Assembly (NCBI RefSeq): GCF_000142905.1
Contig: NW_013657677.1
Coordinates: 310,001 to 374,000 of the forward strand
Reading direction: 5' to 3'
DNA length: 64,000 nt
From: Thecamonas trahens ATCC 50062
Lineage: Eukaryota > Protista > Apusomonadida
This document shows, one piece after another, positions 9,700 through 21,100 of this stretch. The notes below the pieces were generated by a model, which was given only the letters and a program-made list of their open reading frames with translations, was not told where the DNA came from and searched no databases. Position numbers and translations under genes: made by a program. Position 1 is the first letter of the stretch. Each line of letters begins with the position of its first letter.

Positions 9700-10353
9700 C
9701 TAGGTGCAAGATTGCGGGGAGAGACGAGTAGAGCTATTGCTCAGGGGTATAGCCTGGGCCGCTGGAGGAGGGTCGGACGGGGTGGCAGAGTATGAGGCTC
9801 CCGCGTCGGCCGGGGTCACCGAGCCGGCAGCAGGTTGCGGCCGCTGCGGCTTGGAGAACATGAGCGGATGATGCGGCGGCGGCTGGAAGGCCGGGGCGGG
9901 GATGTAGTGCGGATAGAAATGGGCAGGTTGCGGGCCATGCGGTTGGGCGTAGCCGTGCGGTTGGGCGTAGCCGTGCGGCTGGGCGTAGCCGTGCGACGCG
10001 GCAGCGGGCTGAACGGCACGGCGTGCGGCATTCTCGGCGAGCAGAGCCTGGTAGTTGTTCTGCGAGTTGCGGCAGCAATAGTACCAACAGCAAGCAGATG
10101 CGCAGATGATGACGGCAATGATAAGGCCGATGATGACGAGGATGACCCAGGTGTCGAGGTTGCAATCGCGCGTGTTGTTGCAGTCAAAGGCGCAAATGTC
10201 GGTGCTCAAGACGGTGATGACATTGTTGCAATGCGTAGGTCCGGAGCATCCGCACGATTGTGGCGAACCACTTTGGATTTCGATGCAGCACTGCTCGCCT
10301 GCTGCGCTGCCGAGGATGGCGAGGAGAGCCACGAGAACAACCCACGTGACCAT
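9700..10353 (-). CDS. Single-pass membrane protein: signal peptide, 8-Cys ectodomain, TM, juxtamembrane Cys cluster, Pro/Tyr/His-rich tail
   Basis: Clear architecture in the 217-aa ORF; three HGYAQP repeats encoded by an 18-bp tandem repeat near 9940-9995. Confidence 0.8.
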   Translation of the reverse strand: MVTWVVLVALLAILGSAAGEQCCIEIQSGSPQSCGCSGPTHCNNVITVLSTDICAFDCNNTRDCNLDTWVILVIIGLIIAVIICASACCWYYCCRNSQNNYQALLAENAARRAVQPAAASHGYAQPHGYAQPHGYAQPHGPQPAHFYPHYIPAPAFQPPPHHPLMFSKPQRPQPAAGSVTPADAGASYSATPSDPPPAAQAIPLSNSSTRLSPQSCT

Positions 10354-10911
10354 GACTTGCGATGCGGGGCGGGCAAGGGAAAGGAGGGAGGGAGGGAGAG
10401 CGTGTTGCTGTGCCTGTGCCTGTGTCTATGTCTGTGTCTGTGTCTGTGTCTGTGCTTGCGGGGCAACCCTCGTGCTTTCCGGTGCTTTCCGGAGTGAAGA
10501 GTGTGCCTCTTGTGTATGTGTACGTCGTGAGTGTGTGAGTGCTTGTGCGGGGCAGCCTTGATTGGTGTCGTGCGCAAAACAGAAACGGCGGGATGTCGAG
10601 CCTCGCACGCATGGTCCGAATCGAAGCCTTGTGGTCGGCCTCAACGTGAGCAAAGGCCTTCCGAACGGCTAAGATCTTCTTACGCTTGCGCGCGCGCTTG
10701 GAACACGTCGATGTTATCCTTGAGCTAGCGGCGGTGTGTTGAACGATGATGATGATGTGCAGACTTCGAATCGAACGAATGTTCAGCTGTGTCACTTTTC
10801 GCTTGCCTCGTTTCGGCCGTTGGACGGAGGGAGAGCGAAATTGTGGACGAGGCCCCGTCAGGGACGACCAATAGCAAAGACACACGCCTCGCCTTGTCCG
10901 TCGGCCGCACC

Positions 10912-12849
10912 ATGGCCACCACAGACAACGATGGCGGCTCAGGTACGGGTGTGCACCAGAGGGGAGGGGGGAGGTGTGTGTGGGGGGAGGTGGGTGCGGC
11001 AAGGGTGCCAGTGTCGGTAGGGGTAGTGGCGAGGAGGAGGGGGAGTGCCGTTGGGCGCCTCTGCCGCCAGGCGGAAGGAGGCGCGGGAGGCTGTGGCGGG
11101 CGACTCACAGAGAGGACGGTGTGCGGAATGGGACCATGGATGTGCGCGGGATACGTAGTGTCAAAGGAGCTGGAGCGACTGCAGCGCGAGTATCGGTACA
11201 TGGAGGTGGACCGCAAGTCGTATGGCGACCTCTCGCAGAATGTGATCCGGAAGCAGCGGCAGACGATTGAGCGGTGGAAGAAGGAGAACGAGCACCTGCG
11301 GTCGGAGCTGGCGGCGATCGAGTCGCAGCAAGAGGCCGAAGAGACGGACGCAGTCATGTCGGAGAAGCTGGACGAGCTCAACTCGCGGTGCGAGTTTTAC
11401 GCAGGCAAGATCGAGGCCGAGGAGGAGCGGATGGAGACGCTGCGCTCACAGATCAAGCTTCTGGAGCGCAAGATCAAGGAGCAGCGCGAGGTCATGGGTG
11501 GAGTCAACGCAGCCATCTCCAACTCTCAGACGGTGGCCAAGCAGATTCGGGTGTTGGAGAACAGGCTTGACAAGGCGCTGGTCAAGTTCAACTCTGCGCT
11601 CTCGCACAACAAGAAGCTCCGCGAGGAAATCGACAACCTTCGCCGCGAGCGCGTCGTCTTTGACGGCATCTATCGCAAGCTCGAGAAGCAACTGGTGGAG
11701 AAGAAGAAGCGCATGGCTGACATCATCGAGGTCTCCAACTCGGCGTACGACGCCCGCGACATGGCGCAAGACAAGATGAACCGCCTCAAGGAGTCGCACA
11801 TGCGTGCCATGGCCCAGCTCGATGCCGAGATGATGAACATGAACCGCGTGCTCAAGTCGGAGCGCCGCGCCAAGAACTTTATCGCCATCAAGGAGCAGGA
11901 GCGCGCCAACACCGCGGCCGGCCGCCGGACACGCTCGCGCAAGAACGGCGGCGGCGGCGGGCGCGGCGGCGGCGGCGACGCCGCTGCAGGCGTCGCCGCC
12001 TCGGCAGCAGCCGCGCCCTGGGCCCAGCCCAAGCTCAAGTCGTCGACCGAGTCCAACGCAGAGATCATCCAGACGTACGAGGAGGCGTTTGACAAGATCC
12101 AGGCCGCCACCCTCATCTCAGACATCGATGAGCTCGTCTCGACCTTTATCGAAGTCGAGGACCAAAACTTCTCGCTCTTCAACTTTGTCAACGACCTGCA
12201 GAACGAGACCGAGAAGCTCGAGGAGCAGATTGCCGACCTCCGCGCAAAGATCTCCGAGACCAAGACCGAGGGCGAGACGTCGGACGCGCAGCGGCGGCAC
12301 CTGCTCAAGTCGCTCTCGCACAAGCTGGCCAAGACCGAGGCCCGCGCCGACCAGTACGAGTCCAAGTACAAGACCGCCCGCAAGGTCATGAACAATCTCA
12401 AATCGGCCGTCCACTCTATCTTCAACAAGATCGGCTGCTCGTCCGAGGAGATCAACGACGTGCTCGGCGACGCAGGCACCACCGACTCGAACATCATGCA
12501 GTATCTCGCCCTCATCGAGCGCCGCGCCGCAGAGATCATCCACGAGGTCGCCGCCCGCAAGCTCGCCGAGGAGGATGCAGACGATGACTACCACCGCTCC
12601 AAGCGTGGCGGCCTCGTCGCCATCCTCTCGCAGCAGCGTGTCCCGCCTGGTGGTGACCGCATCGTCATCGCCGCCCCGTCGTCCATGGGCGATGTTGACG
12701 AGTTTGACGAGGAGTCGGACGAGGAGTCGCAGCGACCCTTTACCCGCGACGAGCTCAAGGCTCTCTCGCGCAAGGGCGCTACCAAGAAGAAGAACGAGCG
12801 GTCGCGCCGTCGGGGCGGCACCTCTCGCCGCCGTCGCCAGCATCGTTGA
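10912..12849 (+). CDS. ODAD1: Outer dynein arm docking complex subunit DC2 (CCDC114/CCDC63 family); exons 10912-10942, 11159-12849
   Basis: IRVLENRLDKALVKFN...NKKLREEIDNLRRER...F; EDQNFSLFNFVNDL; NIMQYLALIERR; RPFTRDEL. Confidence 0.88.
   Translation: MATTDNDGGSGTGVHQRGGGRCVWGEVGAARVPVSVGVVARRRGSAVGRLCRQAEGGAGGCGGRLTERTVCGMGPWMCAGYVVSKELERLQREYRYMEVDRKSYGDLSQNVIRKQRQTIERWKKENEHLRSELAAIESQQEAEETDAVMSEKLDELNSRCEFYAGKIEAEEERMETLRSQIKLLERKIKEQREVMGGVNAAISNSQTVAKQIRVLENRLDKALVKFNSALSHNKKLREEIDNLRRERVVFDGIYRKLEKQLVEKKKRMADIIEVSNSAYDARDMAQDKMNRLKESHMRAMAQLDAEMMNMNRVLKSERRAKNFIAIKEQERANTAAGRRTRSRKNGGGGGRGGGGDAAAGVAASAAAAPWAQPKLKSSTESNAEIIQTYEEAFDKIQAATLISDIDELVSTFIEVEDQNFSLFNFVNDLQNETEKLEEQIADLRAKISETKTEGETSDAQRRHLLKSLSHKLAKTEARADQYESKYKTARKVMNNLKSAVHSIFNKIGCSSEEINDVLGDAGTTDSNIMQYLALIERRAAEIIHEVAARKLAEEDADDDYHRSKRGGLVAILSQQRVPPGGDRIVIAAPSSMGDVDEFDEESDEESQRPFTRDELKALSRKGATKKKNERSRRRGGTSRRRRQHR
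10943..11158 (+). other. Spliceosomal intron (G-rich)
   Basis: GTACGG...GACTCAC...CGTAG; phase-1 join restores G-S-V-S-K-E-L. Confidence 0.85.
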
Positions 12850-12969
12850 GCTTGTCGACATGATGGTAAACAGAGCACAGGGGCTTGGCAAGAGATCCCG
12901 CGGTTCGCCGCCTGTCCGTCCCCCCCCCCCCCCCCTCACCTCACCTCACCTCACCTCACATCCACCAGC

Positions 12970-14433
12970 ATGGCCACTCCGTTCAAACTCGGCAGTGCGG
13001 GCGAGCTCAAGGCCCAGGGCAACCGGCTTGTCGGCCGCGGCAAGTATGAGGCTGCCGCCGCGGTGTACGCCCGGGCTCTGGCGGCGGTGTCAGCCGGCGA
13101 CCCGGAGAAGCTCGCCACGCCGCTGCTGCTCAATCTCGCGCTCTGCCACACAAAGACCGGCGCGTTCGGCGCTGCGTTACAGGCTGCCACGCGTGCCGTC
13201 GACGATTGCGGTCAGGCTGATGTCCTTCTTCCAAAGGCTTTATATCGTCGCGCTGCCGCCCTGGTAGGCCTTGCCGAGGCCGCCCAGCCCGGCAGCGGAC
13301 GGGCGTCAGCTGTCGCCCGCGCCACCGCCGACATTGCTGCGGCGCGGGAAATAGCCCCGGCCAAGGACGTCAAGGCGCTGGCAGCTCTGGCCGCCCGCGC
13401 TGCCGCACTCGAGCCAGCCTTTGCTGATGGGGCTGCGGCTGACGCGGCCGCATCCGACGACGGACCGCCGCCGCTCGAGGTCGCCGCCACCGGCACTGCT
13501 GCTGATTCTGATGCTGCTGCTGCCGGTGCTGCTACCGCATCTGACGACGGCCCGCCGCCGCTGGAAGAGTCGATTGTGGCGCGCCACGCAGTGGCGCGGC
13601 GGCGGGCTGCTGGCGGGTCTGCAGCGGCCAAGCCGTCGCCTGCGGCTGCCAAGCCGGCCGTCGCCGCGAGCGCGGACGACCTCGACTCGGACGATGACTC
13701 GGACTCGGGCGAGTTCGAGTCTTACATGGCAGCGACGCGGAATCAGCCAGGTGCGGGGCTCAAGCGGGGGTTTCTTGAAGAGAGCAAGAGCGAGGCAGAT
13801 CGTGACAAGGACTCTCAGCTCAAGTCGGGCCAGCCAGCAGACATGCTGCGAATGAGCGACGACGGAGCGTCGGCTCGTCTCGTCATGCCCGAAGTCCAGG
13901 CCGCCATGCAGGACAAGTCTGGCATGGCATCAGTTCTTGGCTCGGATGCATGGGTCACGCCGCAGCTCATGGAGCGGGTGGCGAGCGATCCGATTCTGGC
14001 CAAGGGCCTGACTAACCCCGCGTTTATGGAGGCGCTGTCCGAGTTTCAGACCTCGCCACAGGCCGCCATGGCCAAGTACGCTCACGATCCGGCTGTCCAG
14101 ACCTTTCTCCGCAAGTTTGCTGGCCTCCTCGGCGAGCACTTTGAGGCGCTCGGCAAGGCCGAGGCCGACGCGGCTGCGGCTGCGGCTGCTTCCGGCAGTG
14201 GGCAGGAGCCGCTCATCCAAACCGTCGAGGAGCGCGAGGCTGACGAGGCTGCCCGCGCTGCAGTTCAGGATCCAGCGGTTCGCGAGGCGATGATGGACCC
14301 CAAGGTCCAGGTCGTCATCGCAGCTCTCCAGCGCGGCGACCAGGCCGCTGTCCAGGCCGCTCTGAGAGACCGCGACGTTACGGACCGCATCCAGGTCCTC
14401 GTCCGCGCTGGCGTTCTTGGTGTTGCTGGATGA
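12970..14433 (+). CDS. TPR-repeat plus STI1/DP-domain co-chaperone-like protein
   Basis: ELKAQGN...YEAAAAVY...LLNLALCHTK...KALYRRA (TPR clamp); C-terminal DP-type repeats (NPAFMEAL...SPQAAMAKY...DP; MMDPKVQ). Confidence 0.75.
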   Translation: MATPFKLGSAGELKAQGNRLVGRGKYEAAAAVYARALAAVSAGDPEKLATPLLLNLALCHTKTGAFGAALQAATRAVDDCGQADVLLPKALYRRAAALVGLAEAAQPGSGRASAVARATADIAAAREIAPAKDVKALAALAARAAALEPAFADGAAADAAASDDGPPPLEVAATGTAADSDAAAAGAATASDDGPPPLEESIVARHAVARRRAAGGSAAAKPSPAAAKPAVAASADDLDSDDDSDSGEFESYMAATRNQPGAGLKRGFLEESKSEADRDKDSQLKSGQPADMLRMSDDGASARLVMPEVQAAMQDKSGMASVLGSDAWVTPQLMERVASDPILAKGLTNPAFMEALSEFQTSPQAAMAKYAHDPAVQTFLRKFAGLLGEHFEALGKAEADAAAAAAASGSGQEPLIQTVEEREADEAARAAVQDPAVREAMMDPKVQVVIAALQRGDQAAVQAALRDRDVTDRIQVLVRAGVLGVAG

Positions 14434-14466
14434 CTTTTCATTTGAAGGCGGCCTTACCGATATGGG

Positions 14467-17409
14467 TCAGTTCCGCCGGGCCCGCTCGGCCATGAGCCGA
14501 CGAGTGCTCTCGAGCTCGCGCTGCAGTGCAAGGACCTGCGCCTCCTTGGACTCGACGGATGCTGAAATGGCGCGGAGTTGACGGGCCTCGGGCGAGGCGA
14601 GCGGCGAGGCGCGAGGAGGCGAGGCTCGACGAGGCGAGGCGCGAGGAGGCGAGCCCGCCACACTTGCCGCCGAGTCGTTCATGAGCTCGGCCAGCTGCGA
14701 GCGGAGCTGGTGCGCCAGCTGGGTCACCGAGCTCTCCTTGGCAACGAGGTCGTCGCGTGAGGTGTTGCCGTCGAGCATGCGCGCCGACTCTTCGTCGCGG
14801 CGCTCGCGCTCGAGCCTCGACTTCATCTGCAGATCCATGAGCTTGACCTGGTCGAGGAGGCGCCGCATCTCGCCCTGGACCCCCTCGTACGAGTTCTGCA
14901 GCGCGTTGAGATCGTCCTTGAGCATGGCGTTCTCGCGCTCCAGAAAGTCGATTTGCAGCCGGAGCGAGTCGCCCTCCTGCTTGGCGCGCGAAGCTTGGGC
15001 GCCGGTGGCGGCAACCTTGTCGTTGGCCTCGGCGAGCGAAGCAGCCATCGACTGGCGCTCGGTGGTGAGTGCGTTGATCTCGGCCATGGCCGCCGTCAGC
15101 TGCGAGTGCATCGAGTCGGACGTCGAGTCCTTGAACGCCGTCGCCTGCTCCATGCCGGCAATGACCTGCTGCGCCTTGGCGTTGACCTCCTTGAGGGCGC
15201 GGACGTCGGCTTCGCGGGCCTCGACGGTGGCGTGCATGGCCTCGACATGGTCGAGCGCGTCGCGCAGCTCGTTCTTGCGCAGCTCGATCTCGTTCCGCAG
15301 CGACGACTCGAGCTGCTGCGCCTGCTGAAGCGCGTCGCGAAGCGCGTCGTTGTCACGCTCTTGCACAAGCAGCGTCTCCTTGACTAGCATAAACTCTTGG
15401 TTGATTGCCCGCTCAGTGTTGAGGCGATCCGCAACCTCGGCATCCTTGGCATGGATGATGGCCCGCAGCTCCTCCATCTGTGCGTCGCGATCGCGAATGA
15501 CCTCAGCCGACTGCAGGATCTCGGCTTTGAACTCGTCGTTGGCGGCGCGGGCCTCAGCGAGGCTTGCCTCCAGCTCGGCCGCTGATGCCTTGAACTGCTC
15601 GACAACCTTGGCGTGCGCCGCATCCTTGGCCCGGATAACGTCGTCCTTGGATGCCAGCGCAGCAGTCTCGCGCTCGTGCGCCGCCCGCACCTCGGCCTCG
15701 AGTCCCTGAACCTGGCTTTCGACCACCGTCAGCTCCTCTTCGTAGCGGGCGAGCGTTTGCTCGTGGGCGGTCTTGGCAGCCACCGCGTCGGCGAGTTCGG
15801 CCTCTAGCTCGGATGCGCGTTGGACTGCCTGCGACAGCTCGCCGGCATACTCGGACTCGAGCTGGACCATCTTGGCCAGGTCGGCGCTTTGGCACGAACA
15901 GCAGCCTGCGCCGATGCAAGCTCGCCGCGGAGCTCGAAAATGGCCTCGTCCTTGGTCTTGCCCGTTGAGCTGTCTTCCATCTGTGCGGTGAGAACCTGCT
16001 CGCGGAGCGCCTCGACTTGCATGCTCATCGAGTGCATGTCGGCTTCGGTCGACGCCAGCGAGTTGCGGATCCGGGTCCGCTCGCGTACGGCCTCGGCGTG
16101 AGCCAGCGACTTTTCACGGAGCTCGTCGAGGAGTGACGCCTTCTCGTTCTCGGCATGGACAAGAAGAACCTTGGACTCTTCCAGCTGCTCGCGGAGCGAG
16201 GCCATGGTCGCCCGCGTCGATGCCGACGCCGAGTGCGCCTCGCTCATCGAGTTCTGAGTCTTGGCCAGCGCAGACTTGAGCAGCTCGTTGGCCTCAGAGA
16301 GGCCGGCCGACTCGGCCTCCGCGGCCGCGGCGGCCTCACGGAGCTTGGCATTCTCGGAGCGGAGCTTGGAGAGCTCAGCCTCCTTCTCGACCAGGATGTT
16401 GTCCGAGAGTTGGACAGTGGCTTCGGACAGCTGCTTGTTCTGATCCATGATCCGCTGCGTCTCGGCCTCCCACCGGCCAAGCGCAGTCTGTAGGGTGCGA
16501 ACCTCGTCTTCCAGCGCCTCGCGATCGTGGCGGGCCGTCTCGAGGCTCTTGGTCATGGCCGCGAGCTCGGCCTTGGCTGCGCGATTCCGCGACTCGCCCG
16601 AGGCCATGTGGGACGACATGGCTGCCTGTGCAGACGTCAGCTCCTTCCGGGTCTCCTTGAGCGCGTTGTTCTTGAGCTCGAGCTCGTTGCGGAGCTTCTG
16701 AATCTCCAGATTCTGGTCAAAGACAAGGAGCTCGAGTTTGCGCGTCTCCGACTCGAGTTTGAGATGCTGCGCCTGCAAGCTGCGGGTGTACTCAGTGTTT
16801 TCGCGGATGTACGTTGCAGCCGCCGGTGCCACCGTGGTGCTTGGTACTGTCCGCACCGGAGCTGCACTGGCCGCCATCCGCATCGGCGCCGCCACAGGAG
16901 CGGGGCTTGGCCGCGCCGACACCGACCGCGACAGCTGATCCATCTTGGACTGAAGCGCCGCAATCTGCTGCGAGTGCACCGACTCGGACGCCGAGAGCTC
17001 TGCCCGCAGCGCCTCAACCTGCCCACTCGTTGAGCTCGCCAGCTGTGGACCTGACCCGATCGAGCTCATCCGCAGCGAGCGCGAGAGCGGCACCGGCGAG
17101 CCAGGCATGCTCCCTGCTGGCGTCTTGTACGGTGACGACGCCAGCTTGCGGCGGAGCGACTACACAAGAGCCACCAAAGTGGATGAGTACATATCGCATT
17201 CCCAGCTTTCCCCCATTCCGGTACGGTGGTGACAAACAGAGCGCTTCTCCAGTCGCCTGTGGTGGCTATGGCCGTGGTTGGTGACCAACGGCTGGGATGG
17301 GCGCCAAAGAGGCAGCTGGCGTGTGTGTGTGCGAGGGGGGGATGCCAAACAGCAGACGTACCTGGATGTCGGAAAGTAGCTGGTGGACATCAACATCTTC
17401 ACTGGACAT
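14467..17409 (-). CDS. Long coiled-coil protein of about 910 aa (exons 17409-17362, 17159-14467)
   Basis: ORFs 15804..17108 and 14467..15870 join by adding one A at 15888-15890; heptad-rich throughout; upstream exon MSSEDVDVHQLLSDIQ ends in GTACGT. Confidence 0.75.
17160..17361 (-). other. Spliceosomal intron
   Basis: GTACGT...TACTCAT...GTGTAG, phase 0. Confidence 0.75.
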
Positions 17410-18107
17410 GCTAGCCTATGTCCACACCAGTGGCGTCTGTGGATGTCTCCGAAAGGAACAGGGAAGGGGTGGGGGGGGGGGAGGAGTGACCGTGGTGGCT
17501 GTGGCCAACGACTCGCCGCCTGCGCGCGCCAAACCGTCACACACCTTTGCTTGGGGGAAGCGGCCTCTGCTTGCCGGGATAAGGCCGAGGACACTGCCAT
17601 CGTGTCATGATCATCAGCCTTTTAGAAACTATAATGCGCTGAGCATTTAGTGTAGCGTGTTAGAAGTGTGCGGCACACATGTTCGGATGAGCTCATCAAG
17701 TGTTTCGGGTGAGTATGGCGATGATGGGTATGTCGCGGGTGGCAAGTTTGGCCAGAGTTTGGTCGGTCGTTGGCTGGTGCTGGTACAGATCACGACTAGC
17801 GATGGCGTTGCGTTCATGCCCATAACAGAGCGGGACTCACCGAGTCTATGGTTCCCATCTTCTTGCTCCACATCATACTCCATCCCTACTCTCGTCCTGG
17901 AAGCGGCAAGCTGGTGGACCAGCCAGCATGATCGCCGGTGGCGTCCGTGTCGGGCGGCAGGCATCGGCATTCCTCCCCCAACCGCCACCAACGCACCCTG
18001 TTCCCGCTCCCACGCCAACTCCCACTCCCACCACCCCACCCACCACCCCACCCACCAAGCAGGCCTCAGGCTACTTCACCCAAGTGTCTGCACACACCCA
18101 CAAACAG

Positions 18108-21100
18108 GGCGCAGACAGAGGCTGGAGGCGAGACGGCGAGACAGGCGAGACAGGCGAGACAGGCTGGGCTACCCCCTCTCCCATGCCGCCGCAGGACCAG
18201 CGGCCACGTAGGAGGACACGGCGGGAATGCTGCTGGCGGTCACGGACATACCGGGGCGACGGGAGGAAGCCGTAGGGCACGGAATGTCGGTCAGAACCCA
18301 GTAGCTGGGCCTGCGCCCGGTGGGCAAGCCGGATTGCTCGCCTCGGCTGGTGGCGAGCCCAAGGCGGTTGACGGCACGGACGTGCTCGATGATGCTCCAG
18401 CCGAGCCGTTGCCGCTGCTGGCTCCAATGTTGCCCGAGCTGCCGGTTGTGGCATCAACGCCGGTGGCGAATGTGCTTGCTTCGGTTTTTGCTGATGTGTA
18501 CGCCTCAGAGCCGGCCGAGATGGTCACCCGCTGGCATCTGGATGGGGTGAGGGCGTCGGCGGCTATCGCCGGCTCCCCTGCGGCCGTTGCCGACGCCAAG
18601 GAAGACTCAGACTTGCTGCCATCGACCAAACCGTCGCCTGCACCGTCGCCGACACCACCGTCTGAGAGCAAGGCTAGCTCGCGGGGCGGGTCGTCCAAGA
18701 CGGCGCGTCGGCGTCCGTCGCGCGGCACTCGTGGTGCGGCAGCCGATCGGCGCGGCGCCCGGTCGACGACGCCGCCACCGGCGGCTGTCCCTGCCCGCCG
18801 GTCGGGCGGTGGCTCTTCCAACAGGCGCAAGGTTGAAGCCGAGGCGGCGGCATCCGCCGCCGCCCGCGCCGCGGAAGACGCCTCTGCACTCGCGCTGCCC
18901 ATCACCGACAAGTACGCACTGGAGCTCAAGTCGGTGCTCGAGACCAAGGCCGCCAAACTGGCGGCGGTGGCCCAGGCGGCAGCCCACATGGAGGATGCAC
19001 TGGCCAAGGCCGAAGAGGAGGACGCTGCCGCGGCTCGTGAGCTCGCCGAGCAGTACACCCCGCTTGTCGAGGCCTCGCTGACACCGACCCCGCCGTCGCG
19101 ATTGGCGTACATGCCGCACATGGTCCAGCCACTGGCTCCGCTGCTTGTTGACGCCGACGCTGCGCTCGAGCCGCGGAAGCCCGCGGTTGTGCCGAAGCGG
19201 GTGCCGGCGGCCACCACATACTCTGGGCAGGGTAGCGAGGTGCCACGGGAGGCTGTGGCCAAGACCAAGGTGACCGCCATGGGTCCGCACGAGATCGAGC
19301 GCGAGAAAAAGGTCCTGCGCCGCATGCAAGAGCGCACTACCTTCCTCCGTAACCCGCGGTTTGTTGACTGCTCACCGACCCGTCGTACAAGAAGAACTCG
19401 ACGAACCGATGGCTGGCGCAGAATGCCGACTCGAGGGTCGAAGTCATCCCACCAGCGGTTATCTTTTCCGACTATGCTGCCCACAAGACGTCGGTAGCTA
19501 CGCTCAAGATCCGCAACGTGACCAACGTCACCGCCTCGCTCCGCATGCTCCCGCCGTCATCTCCGCACTTTACCGTCTCGTCTGGCTCGTGGCCGTCAGC
19601 CTCGGGCTCTGTAGCACCGGGCATGATGTGTACGTTTGAGGTGGGATTCCGACCGTCGTCACTTCGTGACTACGACGACGTGCTCACTGTTGTGACCGAC
19701 AAGGGGGACCAAGTGGTTGTTCCCTCCGCGGCCGCAGGCCGCAGCCGGTCCTTGACCTCCCGCACTGCATTGATGTTGGCCACACGCTTGTTGGCTCGAT
19801 TTCCACCACGCGGGTTCGCGTCACCAACTCGGGCGGTCCTGCTGCTTTTCGATTCGTCCATCTCGATGACGTGGTCAAGGACGACAGTGGGTTCATCGAT
19901 CCTGGCCTGTTTGCCAAAGGCGGCGACAGTGTCGACGACCATGCCGTCCCTCCGTTTGTGGTCTCGCCGGTGGTATTTGAGCTCGCAACAGGCGAGTCGT
20001 GCGAGCTGGACATTACGTTCTTCCCCAGCGAGCATACGGCGTACTCGGCTGAGCTCCTGCTGGCATGTGACAACTTATGCGTCTACACGTACGAACTGAC
20101 CGGCTCGGGTGCGCTGCCTGCGCTCGAGCTGGACAAGATCCAGGGCGAAGAGGTGCACGTGAGTGTACCGGCGGCATCGGACGTTGCAGCTGGCGCACCA
20201 GCCCCGCTGGGGCTGGCCTACTTTTGCTTTGACGACCAGTGTCCGGGCGCTTCGTCGACAGCCACGCTCACTTTTGCCAATCATGCGCCAGTTCCACTAT
20301 CGTTTCGATTTGAGCTCTACCGTCGCGAGCGCACGGTGTGCGACATGTCGCACTTGGCAGGCATTCAGCCGCGCGAGGGTGCTGGGGCGAAGAGCGACGG
20401 GTTCAGCCACCAGCTAGTGCCGATTGAGCTCGGCGAGGTCTTTGACGTCTCGCCGCGGTCCGGCATGGTGGATGCCTCTGTCGAGGCCTTTGATGTGGTG
20501 GCGACGTTTACGCCGTCAGCGGTTGCTAGCTACGATGCGGTCCTCGCGCTCGTTCTTGAGAGCGCCATGCCAGAGGCGCTTCCGGGCTCTTACGGCGATC
20601 AGCCGTCCGGCGGCATGCTCGACGTCACGCCGCTCCATCTCAGGCTCTCGGGTACTGCAGTTCCGGTTGTTGTCGAGGTTGCGCCTGCGCTCGTTGACTT
20701 TCCCGGCGAGCTTGCACTTGGCTCCAAGTACGTGAAGCAGCTGCAGCTGGTCAACCACTCGCCGTCAGCGGTCGCCTTTAGCGTGCAAGGGCTCGAGCGC
20801 GGATTTGTGCGCGTGGGAGAAGATGTCGAGGCTGAGCCGCCCAGTGTGGCCGACGACGATCCGCCAATGTCGTCAGACGACGATGTGTGGCAGGCGGCGG
20901 TAAGTAGTGAGCCCCGTAGCAGTGAGGCTCGCCGTGCGCGGCTCAAGGTGACTCCGACTGCGGGCACCATCGCGCCGCACGAGTCGGTAGTTCTCGACGT
21001 GGTGGCGCGCTCGCGGACGCCGGGCGACTACCTAGCCTCGCTCGTATGCGAGGTCAAGGGCACAGCGCCGGTCCCTGTCACGGTTCGGGCCACCTTTGCG

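Noticed and set aside
17225-17256. Possible 32-nt microexon inside the coiled-coil gene intron
   Set aside because: It is not a multiple of three and the downstream donor (GTACCG) does not fit the consensus.
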